In this document: piece after piece, positions 18,441 through 29,355 of the stretch
How the letters are laid out: every line of letters begins with the position of its first letter
Numbering within the stretch: position 1 is the stretch's first letter
Assembly (NCBI GenBank): GCA_048772705.1
Contig: JBLWGC010000230.1
Span: forward strand, 620,001-684,000
Source of the DNA: Leidyana gryllorum EB-2025a
Taxonomy: Eukaryota; Protista; Apicomplexa
Direction of reading: 5' to 3'
DNA: 64,000 bases
The notes under the pieces: generated by a model
Told to the model about the DNA's origin: nothing
The model's database searches: none
What the model saw: the letters and a program-made list of their open reading frames with translations, nothing else
Program-made: the position numbers and the translations under genes

Positions 18441-21400
18441 TCAATCGATTACCACTCTAGAGGGCGCGCGGCGCTTCTTAGCGGGCGGGCCGTCCGCCGT
18501 GGGTCGTAGCGGATCTTCCACCCGCGCTCGCCCCTGCAAGACGACATCCTCCACAGTAACGTCCTTGGGCCAGCCCCGATTCAAAGGCCTCTCTCGTAGC
18601 CACTGCCCTTCGTTCTTCTCCACGTGGTCGACGGTAAGTTGGAAGAGTGACCCGGGGATAGCAGCGGGCAGTGGGGTAAGCTTCCGGAGCGCTACTGTAC
18701 GCAGCTCCTCGGCCCGGCCCAGGTGCGCCACTGTGGCACTACCGTCCCGGACTCGCACCACGCGACACGGCAGGGAGTGGCGGAAGCTAGACGACGTGGG
18801 GCCGTGGAGATCTGCTTGCAGCATAGCGTCTCGGGCTTCCTTGGACGCCTCGGTCAGGACCCAGTCACCTACTGTTATCGCCTTGGCGGGTTGCGCCTCC
18901 AGCGCCCGCGTTCGCTGCGCCAGCACCCACCCTACGTACCCTTGCAACCGGTGGGCGCGCTGTTGCGCGACTCTAGCCTCGTTGTTGTCTTGTCGCAGCG
19001 CCTGCCAACCGGCGATCGCCGGCTCGAACCCCATCAACATGTAGAACGGCGACCGCGCCGTAGCTACATGGGGCGTGGCGTTATAGGCCATCACTAGCGA
19101 CGCGACCAGAGTCTCCAGCGGCTCCGCGGTGCCCTCGGCTACCAGAGCGTCAACGCCCCGCTTGAGAAACTCGTGCGAGGCCTCGTTGATCCCGTTGCCT
19201 TGCGGGTAATGAGCCGTGGTGAAGTAGTGGGTACACCCCATTTCGATGTCCACAAGCTCGCGAAAGGCAGCCCCCTGGAACACCGATCCTCTGTCGGTAA
19301 GTATCGCGGTAGGGACCTGGAAGGTATAGAGCCACTTCTCCCGGAGGGCCTTGGCCACGCTCTTGGCCGTTGGGGGCTCCCACAGTACCTCCACTACCAT
19401 GAATCGCGAGTAATGATCCACGATCACCACCCACCAGTAAGCTTCCCCTTTCCATCGTCTCGGCCCGACGAGGTCGATACTGACTATCTCGCACGGCCAC
19501 GGCTTAGTCAACATGCCCACGAGGGCCCGCTTCGTCGGCTTACGGAGTCGCTGACACACGATGCACGCCCTGACATACTCTGCGGCCTGCTCGGACATCC
19601 CTGGCCAGTAGACCCACTGCCGCATAAGCCTCAGCATCCGGTTTACCGCCACGTGCATCCCGGCCTTCCCGCAGTGGAACCAGTATAAGAGGGTCTCTCG
19701 CCAGTCTGGTGGAATCCACAGCTTCGTACTCCCTATTTTGTAATACAGGCCTTCCGGCCCTTTTCTTATCAGATTCTCCTCTCCCGGAGGGATCGATTTA
19801 GACGCCTCTCGTAACTGAGGGATCGACGGGAGCAACGGGGGTGGCCAGATCTGCGCGACTGCCTCAGCCTCGAAGAGCGGCACGCAATACTCTTCCATAT
19901 CTATCCCGCCTTCGTCATCTGCTGGGTGCCGCGACAAGTAATCGGCCACGACGTTGTCCTCCCCTTCTAGGTAGATGAACTCCAAGTCGTACTGCTGTAA
20001 GAACAGCGACCAGCGCAGGAACTTGCCATCCTGCATCGCGTTGAAATACTTCAGCGCGGCATGGTCCGTAATTACGAAGGTCTTGCGGGTGCGGATGTAG
20101 TCGTGGAACTTCTTTACAGCCCACACCACTGCGAATGCTTCCTGTTCCGACGTGCTCCACCTGGTCTCCGCGTCAGTCAACTTCTTACTAGCATATTCCA
20201 GGGTCACCAGCGTCCCCTCTTGGGCTTGCATCAGCACCGCCCCGACCCCTTTCTTACAGGCATCCGTGTTAATCACGAACAGCCCAGGGCCCTTAGGATA
20301 GGCCAGTAAGGCCGCTTCGGCGATTCCCTTCTTAACTAGCGCGAACGCTCGTTGCTGCTCGGGACCCCACTCGAAGGGGTGACTCTGCTTGGTGAGAGAC
20401 GTCAGTGGCTCCGCGATCGTGCTGTAATCCTGCACGAACTTTCTCAAGTAGCTACTCATCCCCAAGAACTCCCGTAGCTCTCTCAAATTCGTGGGTGCAG
20501 GTGCGTTTACGATCCCCTGCACCTTCTTCGGACTCGGCCTGATGCCTTCCCGACTTACTCTAAACCCTAGCATGTTGACCTCTCGCCTGTACAGCTCCGT
20601 CTTCTTGAGCTTGAAGAAGAACCCTGCTTCCCTCGCCGCCGCCAGTACCTCTCGCAGCGTCGCGTCGTGTTCCTCCTTCGTGTCACCCCAAATGGTGATA
20701 TCGTCAATGTACCTCGTCGCGCAACGGACGGAACCGAAGGCTAGATCTAACGCGCGTTGACACTCGCTCGGAGAATTACGCACTCCGAACGGGAGCACCG
20801 TGTACTCGTAAGTGCCAGCGTGGGTGATCATCGCGGTGTACGGCATACTCCCCTCCTCTAGCCTTACGTTCCAGAAACCGTTGGCGCAATCTAGAGCCGA
20901 GTACCACTCGTGCCCGGCTGCCAATTGGCACAGGTCCCACACGTGAGGCAGGGGGTACGCGTCCGGTACCATCTGCGCGTTGAGAGGGCGGTAATCTACT
21001 ACAATCCGCCACTCCCCAGTCTTCTTCTTTACAAATAAGGGGCTTGCACCCCACGGGCTCTTACTCGGCCTGATTACACCAGCCTTGAGCATACTCTGGA
21101 GTTGCTTATCCAACTCCTCCTTCAACTCCGCGGTCAGCGGTCTCAACCTTGCCCTATACGGCTTCCCGTAAACCTCGAAGCTGGCGGTGCTGACCTTAAC
21201 TCGCCCCGGCACCGGGTCCAGCCAGGCATCTTTATACTCCCACCAGATGTCCCACAGCTCAGAGACCCTCTCCGGACTCAAGTGACTCGTGATCGCATGA
21301 AACGTAGCTCGAGCCTCGGCTTTCTTTTCTTCGTCGGTAGCCCCTATCTCGTAGCCTGTAACGACGTCTTTAGCCGCATTGGCTCGCTTCTCTTCCTCCG

Positions 21401-23072
21401 TAAGCTCAACCATCAGCGCCTCGACCCTCCTAGGCAGTAACTGGCCCTCGAGAGGGTCCAGCAACAGCCCGCTGGTCTTCAACGCGTCCATACCTACTAG
21501 TAACTGGTCATGATGCGTCTCGACTACCCAAAACGATTGCTCAAAGCCAACCCCTCCAATCTCCAACTTTACAGGTTCGAGCTTCCGGCCCCTCGCGGTA
21601 CCCAGCCCGGCGAAGTTTACCGTATCACCGGTAGCCCTTAACCCGAACTTCTTACGCAACGAAGGCCCGCAGACACTGAAAGCCGCTCCTGTGTCGACTA
21701 TCGCCTCGAACTCTACTCCGTTGATCTTTACGGGCATCCGGAAAGCCTTTCCGAACCCGTTCGGCGAGCAGCGATACACCTCTCTCTCGCCAAGGTAATC
21801 TTTGAGCAGGCGGCAGGTCTCCTCGAGGACTCCTTCATCGTCGGTCTCGCTCGACGAGTCCTCGGCCTCGCACACCTTGGCGTCCGCTTTCTCCTCTTCC
21901 GCTGCTTTCTTCTTGGCGGCCTCCTTGAGCTCTCGGTAATGCTTCGCTTTACGCTCTCTAACTTTCGCTGCTCGACTTCGCAAGATCTCCAACAGCTCTT
22001 CCGCGCTTACGATCTTCTCTTCGGCTGAATACGGCTCCTTAGACTGAAGCACGTGACCTGCCCGGGTCTCCATTACACGAAGCTTGATCCTCTGCGACTT
22101 CGGATCGCGCTTTACTAGCGCCCTACACGTGGTCGCGGCGTGACCTTTCTTGTCGCAATGCTCGCACTTTTTCTCCTTGTACTCGCAGTCCTTCGAGTGG
22201 TGACCCTTCAACCCACACCTGAAGCAGGGAGGCTTCTCCACCTCCTTCTTGGGGGTATCGGCCGGCGCCTTGGGCGGCTCCGCCGTTTTCTCTTCCATCG
22301 ACTCATCAGTCGCCGGAGGCTCTGCCGTAAACAGCGGGACACCCGTCCGCGCTCTCTTCTTAGCACACTCAGCTTCGGCGAACTCAGCCCCGTCCATTAA
22401 GGCCGTGAGCGAGTCGAGGTTGGGCATATAGCTTAATCTCTCGAGCACATCGAGGGGTAAACTTCTCTTGAAGAGCATCCGCAACCTTCCCTCGGTGAGC
22501 AGGGAGTCGTGTTGGCGACGGTCTCTCACTCGGACGAATCTCCTGCAGACCGAACGCATCCACGCCACCGCATCCGGCACTGTCCCCGCTCTCTTTCCCG
22601 CAGCGATCTCTAACTCGAGCTCCTCTACGTAGTCGGAGTGGCGGAAGTGTCTCTTCGCCACTCTCTCGACCATCTCCTCGTACTGGAGTCCCGCCGGTAG
22701 GCTACGGAGGGTTGCCGCTACATTCGGCGTTGCCACCAGAGCCCAGGCATCTCTGAAGAGTTCGGAGCAGAGTCCGAATCTCTTGATTTGCGCCGCCGCT
22801 GCGTCGACCCAGTCTTCGAACGCTCTCTCGTTGGGCGGGTCGAATGGAGCGAGGTTGAGGAAGTTGAGGAACTTGGCTCTCCGATTGAGCTGTTCCACCA
22901 CGTCGTCCTCATGTGGTTCTCGGGGGAACCTCTCGTCGTTAGCTAGGAACTCCAACAGCACAGCCTCGTGGTTCCCAGAACAGCCCCCAGCTGAGCCGTG
23001 TGAATGGCTCACGTTAACCTCCGAGGCTGCGGGGGTTCCTATAGGCTTACTCAACATAGGCGTGTCGCTCAT
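18441..23072 (-). CDS. Gag-Pol polyprotein (1543 aa), copy 2
   Basis: Translation in the ORF track is the same as copy 1. Confidence 0.98.
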   Translation of the reverse strand: MSDTPMLSKPIGTPAASEVNVSHSHGSAGGCSGNHEAVLLEFLANDERFPREPHEDDVVEQLNRRAKFLNFLNLAPFDPPNERAFEDWVDAAAAQIKRFGLCSELFRDAWALVATPNVAATLRSLPAGLQYEEMVERVAKRHFRHSDYVEELELEIAAGKRAGTVPDAVAWMRSVCRRFVRVRDRRQHDSLLTEGRLRMLFKRSLPLDVLERLSYMPNLDSLTALMDGAEFAEAECAKKRARTGVPLFTAEPPATDESMEEKTAEPPKAPADTPKKEVEKPPCFRCGLKGHHSKDCEYKEKKCEHCDKKGHAATTCRALVKRDPKSQRIKLRVMETRAGHVLQSKEPYSAEEKIVSAEELLEILRSRAAKVRERKAKHYRELKEAAKKKAAEEEKADAKVCEAEDSSSETDDEGVLEETCRLLKDYLGEREVYRCSPNGFGKAFRMPVKINGVEFEAIVDTGAAFSVCGPSLRKKFGLRATGDTVNFAGLGTARGRKLEPVKLEIGGVGFEQSFWVVETHHDQLLVGMDALKTSGLLLDPLEGQLLPRRVEALMVELTEEEKRANAAKDVVTGYEIGATDEEKKAEARATFHAITSHLSPERVSELWDIWWEYKDAWLDPVPGRVKVSTASFEVYGKPYRARLRPLTAELKEELDKQLQSMLKAGVIRPSKSPWGASPLFVKKKTGEWRIVVDYRPLNAQMVPDAYPLPHVWDLCQLAAGHEWYSALDCANGFWNVRLEEGSMPYTAMITHAGTYEYTVLPFGVRNSPSECQRALDLAFGSVRCATRYIDDITIWGDTKEEHDATLREVLAAAREAGFFFKLKKTELYRREVNMLGFRVSREGIRPSPKKVQGIVNAPAPTNLRELREFLGMSSYLRKFVQDYSTIAEPLTSLTKQSHPFEWGPEQQRAFALVKKGIAEAALLAYPKGPGLFVINTDACKKGVGAVLMQAQEGTLVTLEYASKKLTDAETRWSTSEQEAFAVVWAVKKFHDYIRTRKTFVITDHAALKYFNAMQDGKFLRWSLFLQQYDLEFIYLEGEDNVVADYLSRHPADDEGGIDMEEYCVPLFEAEAVAQIWPPPLLPSIPQLREASKSIPPGEENLIRKGPEGLYYKIGSTKLWIPPDWRETLLYWFHCGKAGMHVAVNRMLRLMRQWVYWPGMSEQAAEYVRACIVCQRLRKPTKRALVGMLTKPWPCEIVSIDLVGPRRWKGEAYWWVVIVDHYSRFMVVEVLWEPPTAKSVAKALREKWLYTFQVPTAILTDRGSVFQGAAFRELVDIEMGCTHYFTTAHYPQGNGINEASHEFLKRGVDALVAEGTAEPLETLVASLVMAYNATPHVATARSPFYMLMGFEPAIAGWQALRQDNNEARVAQQRAHRLQGYVGWVLAQRTRALEAQPAKAITVGDWVLTEASKEARDAMLQADLHGPTSSSFRHSLPCRVVRVRDGSATVAHLGRAEELRTVALRKLTPLPAAIPGSLFQLTVDHVEKNEGQWLRERPLNRGWPKDVTVEDVVLQGRARVEDPLRPTADGPPAKKRRAPSRVVID
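22972..22989 (-). promoter_or_regulatory. Primer-binding site, tRNA-Pro type, copy 2
   Basis: Same 18-mer as in copy 1. Confidence 0.8.
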
Positions 23073-23170
23073 TAGTTATCAACTAGCTCTGATCTATTTA
23101 CAAAAGACTAAAAGGATGTCGGCGACATAACATTGCCTTCGCGTTTTGCCTCACTGCGCCTGACCGCTCA
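22992..23170 (-). repeat. 5' LTR of copy 2
   Basis: 179-bp LTR containing the gag ATG at 23072. Confidence 0.97.
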
Positions 23171-24489
23171 ACAAGTGTCCGCGTTCTTTCCGACATCAAG
23201 ACCACCTCTAGGTCCCCCAGCGGCTTAGAACCGATGCCCATGCGACCGGTTGTCCTCCACGCCAACATTGCTGGGCAGTGTCCCACTCCACTATTCCGAC
23301 CCCTCCCGAATTACAGCTGGAAAAACTGATCTACTGGGATCAGCTTCTCCAGTGAGATGTCAAGCCATGCACCACCCTACTTAAGCTCAGTTAGGCAGTA
23401 TGTCTCCTGCTCAGCTCAGACCAGCCGACCGCCCAAGCGTCTTGAGATTTTTGAGATTAAGACTGTTTGTATTAGTTGTTTCGTGCTTCCTAAAACGAAC
23501 ACCGACCACCGACTTTCGCAGCTATCGCAGATTGTCTGACAGATCGATATCGCACACAATCTAAATTCAGAAGCCTCCTGCGATGGGCGCTGTCAAAGCT
23601 GGGAGGTACAATTCTATGATCCAACGAAGCTTTCGAGATTATGCAATTCACTCTCATCGATATCTGTTGACTGCCTCCTCAAATAGCGAGCGATTTTGAG
23701 GGGAAATACTGGACTGGGAGAGATGGCTGGTTCGGCGCCACCGTCGGTAGAGAAGCCTTCAGTAGCACCTGTGACTGTGACGAGCCAATTAGACGATCTG
23801 GTCCCTGCGTAAGTTGGGTGCCCTATTCCTCGAACAATTGGGATTGATGGCGGAGGAATCCAGCCCCCTTTTGTATCGCCCTCCCTCTTTTGCAAGTTCC
23901 CATCCGACATGATACACCACCACGAAGGACGACGCGAGTGAACATCAAACTTACTGATGGCTGTTCACAGCCCTGGGAGCAAAGCGAATGGGCCTCCCAA
24001 GGAGAACGCGGGTTCTCAATTGAGTTGGTGGAAGAATCAGAGGATGATCCAGCCGGTCACGAATCAATGATCTGCTCAAAGTATTGGAACATATGGTGTC
24101 TGTCAGCTGTACCAGTCGGGAAGGTCACTAACCTCATAACAGCGCACGCATAATGATTAAAGACCCCTTTTCCGTAGAGGACAGCGGGACGAATGACGCT
24201 ACACCACACTCCGCTCCCGCTCGGCGAGCCAGCGATCTGTACTAAGACACAGACACAGCCCAGGCGCATCGCCCATCGGGACGATGCCGCACACAAACCA
24301 TCAAAGACCAGATAGAATAATAGAGAGACAAATGACTACCTATGAATAAGCGTAGATGGCCTAACACACCTCCCAACGCTAATCCACCATTCCTGTGCTG
24401 ACCCGGTCGCAAGCCGAGGAAGTGACACTGCTTCAAGACGGCGGTAACATAAACCTTGACCCCTCCCAACACACTAACAACTTCAATCT

Positions 24490-24540
24490 CACGTTAGACT
24501 ATCTGTATCAATGTTGAGAGAGATGAGATAGTCTAACGTG
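24490..24540. repeat. Perfect 15-bp inverted repeat with 21-nt spacer
   Basis: CACGTTAGACTATCT (24490-24504) and AGATAGTCTAACGTG (24526-24540). Confidence 0.9.
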
Positions 24541-25381
24541 TACAAAGGTGTTGAAGATTATCTGCGCATCCGAAACATACGTTAGAAGTGACTCCTTTTG
24601 GGCTCGAGAATTGATAAGGATAGTGATTAGGAAGCCTAGGGTAGTACTATACGCGCAGCCCGCAGCTGGTTGACAGACTCCCGCTCGCTAGGAGACCGGG
24701 GGACCTTACAAACACGTCTATTTTACGCCTTTGAGTAATCGGAAGAACTCGGAACCAGATCGAATTACCCCTCATTGCTAGTGTTGACTACTGGTTTATT
24801 ATAGTGATGTTGCACCTGATGTCTCAAAAGACTTCAGGGTCTCTAAGTGGCGAACGCTGCACCTAAGACAGTTAAAGAGAGAATCACGATAGTGCCGGTT
24901 GTAACCATCGATTAACAATAGGAACGCGGATAGGTAGCAATGTCGGCGACCGGCCAGGACCAGTCCGTCGGTTGTCTGTGTCTCCGGTTCCGCGCCGGCC
25001 GGCCCCGGAGACACAGACTTGCATAGAAACTTGAAATCTTTTACATCCGAAACAAAATAGTTACTCAAAAACATCCAAAACCACTCACTAACGGGATGGT
25101 AGCGACGCAATCAACCCCCGGCCAGCTGCCGGACCCAGCACCAGGGGTGGATCCAGATCGTACCCGATCGCCTCCCCCGGGGCTGGTCGGGATCACAAAA
25201 CACGCATCAATAAACCCAGCCTATACAGCGCCTACTGCGCTGCAGGAAAGCCAAATCAAGCATAGAGTCATACAGTCAGGTAGACCCAGTGAACATCAAC
25301 AGGATGAACATGAGTCAGTAGCTCTTTTTGATCCGGTGAATACTAACACGGAGTAAAGTTTTTACTGGAGTATGTATATAA

Positions 25382-25562
25382 ATCAGAATTCCGTTGTGGC
25401 ATCAGCGCGACCCGGCGAAGGGCCTCAGATGCAAATTACCCATAGAATAGATTCATCAGAAGCTGCTTTTTGTACAAGGAATGGATCAGAATTCAGTTGT
25501 GACATCAGCGCGACCCGGCGAAGGGCCTCAGATGCAAATTACCCATAGAATAGATTCATCAG
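25382..25562. repeat. 78-bp direct repeat pair with 25-bp spacer
   Basis: 25382-25459 and 25485-25562 differ at two positions. Confidence 0.92.
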
Positions 25563-26303
25563 TTGAAAAGTGCATTTCAAGTATCAGCTTAAAGGCTCGA
25601 CGTTTGGTTTCCTAAGACAGCTGTTGCTGACTTCAACCCTATCATTGTCAGTCATCATATCTGCATGGTGAGCATGTTACACCAGTGTTCGATCGCACAG
25701 TCCATGACGGAACGGCGTAGGCCAACACCTGTGTTTCATCATTCTCCGTCCTCTTGACGACCTCAACGGGGAGGCGATGTGACCCCGAAAAGGCGCTTTT
25801 GGGATGGATCCACACAAAATACGCAGCACACAAGTAGTCACAATAAGTATCAGATTCATTTTATATCGTCAGGTTGCCTTCGGATTAGAAGTGACAGAAT
25901 TATAGTTTGAATCATCATGACGAAAGCTTCGCATTACGAGTTGTCAGAGAGCACTTTTCTCAACAATCGGTCACAATCCAAAAGTATGGAATGCACCTTT
26001 CAGTCCGCCCGTCGTGCTCGACTCATCACCCCAACTCGCACTGATCGAAGTGAATACATAACATGTCGCGTGAAAGCACATTGAAAGAAGACCGCCTTTG
26101 ATCACAAGGCGGAGGAAGAAGAAGCACCGCAAAATTTGTTGCTGTCACTGTTTGCAAAAAACCGTCATATCCAATTTGGACAGAACGGATCTGATACGGA
26201 TCTGGAGTATAGCATTTCGTCCCTTTGTTCGTTTATATACGGATGCGCAGACTACAAATCCTTCCAACTGAACGAAAACAGATTGAATTCAGGCGCCACT
26301 ATA

Positions 26304-28062
26304 TCACTTCTGACCATTGGTGTCGAGTGGTGTGGCAGATTGAAGGTCAGCTGTATCGGGCTTCTTCGATGTGTCCTCTGGTGGCTCGATCCTTGCGGCC
26401 GAGTCCTTAGGTGCTGGCGGAGCCGACTTCAGAGCAGTCCCATCACCAGCAGTTCTCTCCTCGGCTGCTGCCTCAGCTGTTATGGCCGCCGCTAACTTCA
26501 TTTGCAGTCCTTGCAGCTCCGGTTCGGGCTGCGGAGCCTTGAGGATCAGACTTGAGAAGGGAGCGATGTCCAGCCAGACGCAGTATGGCCAGCCAAGTCG
26601 TCCACCCTGCGTTGTCGGCACTTTGACTTGGTTTCCTGGACCCCTCATGGAACCTCCATACTTCCAGTCGTCAGAGTTCAACAACACAGACCACTTTCCG
26701 CCGTGGGGGACCCCAATGGGGAACTTCTGGTGGTATTTGGCACTAAAGTTGCAGACGGTCAGCACATCGTTGTTCCACACAACCCAATGTCTGAGCCATG
26801 CAATAACACAACTCTCGGCATTATCGCATTCCGTCCACTTGAAGTTCCACGCGTCGTCATCTCCAGCGTGAAGCGCGCCCTCTCTCTTATAGATTCCCAA
26901 CAAGTCCGCCACGTACTGCATGAATTTGGACCGCAAAGGTTCCGTTGACTCATGCCAGTCTACACTACGCGACTCCTTCCATTCCCGACCCTGAGCAAAC
27001 TCTGCGCCCATAAAGACCAAAGGACGGCCTCCGAGTCCGATCTGATAGGTAAAGAGGGACTTCATAGTGGCGATCCGCTCATCAAATGACGCTCCAGCAA
27101 AACTGCACTTGTCCAGTAGGCTTCCTTTGCCGCTCACCACTTCGTCGTGGCTTAATGGTAATACCCAATTCTCGTGTGCCATATATAAACCGCGGAAGGT
27201 CAACTTGCTGTGTTTCGTCGGACGCAAAGGAGTTGGAGTACACAAATACGCCAGAGTGTCATTCATCCAGCCCAAATCCCATTTTGCATCGAATCCCAAT
27301 CCATTCTTCTTATCTGTCACCCCCTTCCAACTCGTTGCCTCTTCAGCCATCGTGAAGACGCCCGGAAACTCTTTGTGAATCACCCAGTTAAGCTCTTGCA
27401 ACATATTTATCGCCTCCAAGTTGGCATCCCCACCAAACTCATTGGGCAACCAATCGCCCTCATCACGGCAGTAATTCTTGTATAACATAGACGAAACGGC
27501 GTCAATTCGTAATCCATCGATATGATATCGGCGTAACCAGTGATACGCCGCACCCAACAAAAATGAGCGGACTTCATTCCTCCGGAAGTTGAACACTGTA
27601 ATCACGATTCGCTGCACGCCACAAACACTGAACCTACCCATAGTGCCCCAAGTACGGTGCTCGCCTTCTCTGGGATCCGCATACTCAAAAACTGGCTCCC
27701 CGTCGTAATAAACCAGGCCCCAATCGTCCTGTGGACCCGAATGGTACGCCAGTAACGTAGCAGCAACAACTCACCTTAACAAAGTGGGCAGGTACAAAGT
27801 CCATGAATACTCCAATATCATTCTGATGTAAAACGTCGATGAGGTATTTCAGATCATCGGGGTTGCCTAGACGACTGTATGGCGCATAGAACCCCGACAC
27901 CTGGTAGCCCCAACTGCCTTCGAACGGATGGTGAGCTAGGGGCAAGAACTCGACGTGCGTGAAGTTCAGGTCTTTCAAATGCTTCACCAGCCGGTGTGCC
28001 AGCTCGCGGTAACCTGAAGTGCAGAAAGAACTATCTACATCCAGTCTTTCCAATCTACACTC

Positions 28063-28129
<67 letters not shown>

Positions 28130-29304
28130 ACGTTGTGTATAGTAGCTGTGTGCTATTTGCTGTTGCCGGACGTACCAAGATAGGTATTGCCATCACCCCG
28201 CATCCAGGACGGCAGGTGGACTTCGTAGATCGACATCGGCTTCCGATTGATGGTGTCGGCTTCTGCTTTGCGTTTCTCTAGCCATTCGGCGTCAGCCCAC
28301 TGGTAGCGATCTTCCGGAGCTTTGTAGGAGTCGTCACAGCCGCTGATAACAGAGGCGTGTGCGGGAGGATTCTCGAATTCTTGAGCCCAAGGATCAATTT
28401 TCACGAAGTCCTGTGCCTTTTTGGAATGGATTTTGTATCCATATTTCTGTCCAACTGTGGCTATGGAGGGCACGAATAATTCCCAGACTCCATATTCATG
28501 ACGCTTGCGCATGGGATGAGCTCGGCCATCCCATTGGTTGAAGTCGGCGACAACGGAGACAAAAACTGCGTTGGGCGCCCAGACCGCGAAACGTATACCT
28601 TCGGCTCCTTCAAAGTTGATACTGTGAGAACCCATTAGATTGTCAACATGCCAGCAGGAGCCAGATTGGAAGAGCTTGAGGTCATTATCAGGCAAAGTGC
28701 ATGGAAAGTTATAAGCATCTCGAACAAGGTATGGAGTATTTGTGCTATCTCCTTCATATAAAACCCTTAATTCATACTGTACTTTAGTTAATTGGAGCAA
28801 ATCGGTTGCGGAATTAGCACGTGAATTGTTGGATGAATCCTTGGCGCATCGCCATGTGAAGGACTTTTGGAACAGCCAAGCGCATCGCTGAGTCATAGGC
28901 ACCCATCCCTCAGCATCAGCTAACTCGTCTTCAATAGCACATGAGCTCCCCGGCAGCATCCGGATGGCCATGTCCTTGGCATCCTTGATCCATCCCCGGA
29001 TAACCAAACAAGACTCGCCATTACATTGGAAGGAATGCGGACCTAACACACTGAATGGATCCCCGTGGTTCGCTCTGTGTAACAAGGCGACATCGTGGTC
29101 GAGAATATTTCCTTCATTAGGCATAGAGGGTTGTGATTTGAGCACAAAGTCAGCAGTCGCTTGCTGAACTTGCTTAGGTGGCAGAGCGGCCGAATCATTT
29201 GAATTATCTTGCAGAGACGAGTCATCGTAACATGCTTTAGGCTGATAACTTCCTAACGTATATCGCGTAGCCGTTGGAGTCGTCTCAGCAGTTGTATCGG
29301 CCAT
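26304..29304 (-). CDS. glgB: 1,4-alpha-glucan branching enzyme, bacterial GlgB-type, multi-exon
   Basis: Motifs [56 protein letters not shown] and [15 protein letters not shown], split over three ORF-track pieces by introns. Confidence 0.95.
28066..28124. repeat. (CA)n microsatellite inside a glgB intron
   Basis: CA run of about 29 units. Confidence 0.97.
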
Positions 29305-29355
29305 TATATCCTCAACGTAGATACCACCAGGTGACTAAAAATCACTGCCCTTTTT

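Larger units (their letters stand above)
18241..23170 (-). mobile_element. Ty3/Gypsy LTR retrotransposon, complete copy 2 (4,930 bp), TSD ACAAG
   Basis: Identical LTRs; ACAAG at 18236-18240 and 23171-23175; same internal sequence as copy 1 at offset 5242, apart from a synonymous difference seen at 14978 (C) versus 20220 (T). Confidence 0.98.
12198..23228 (+). pseudogene. Uncharacterised family paralog 4 (C-terminal domain only), interrupted by two LTR retrotransposons
   Basis: Joining 12198-12998, 17934-18240 and 23176-23228 gives 1161 nt open in one frame (386 aa; ...RPDSH|SRAPETMVVENG...AVVQ|VSAFFPTSRPPLGPPAA*). Family motifs ANGWL, VQNVDGVEYLRVI, KTVLYWKE and EFHAI are present. The start codon is inferred; the ORF is open from 12039. 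Confidence 0.8.

Noticed and set aside
12999-23170. The two retrotransposons as an assembly duplication or shared-LTR tandem
   Set aside because: Each has its own TSD and LTR pair, the spacer is unique host sequence that restores the host frame, and at least one SNP separates the copies. A merge of two haplotypes cannot be excluded without reads.
25460-25484. Spacer AGCTGCTTTTTGTACAA resembles a lambda/Gateway attB site
   Set aside because: It needs two deletions to match, is AT-rich and short, and no vector or phage sequence is nearby.
23230-26100. Short ORFs (60-103 aa) downstream of the elements
   Set aside because: No motifs, no consistent strand and no exon chain I could support.
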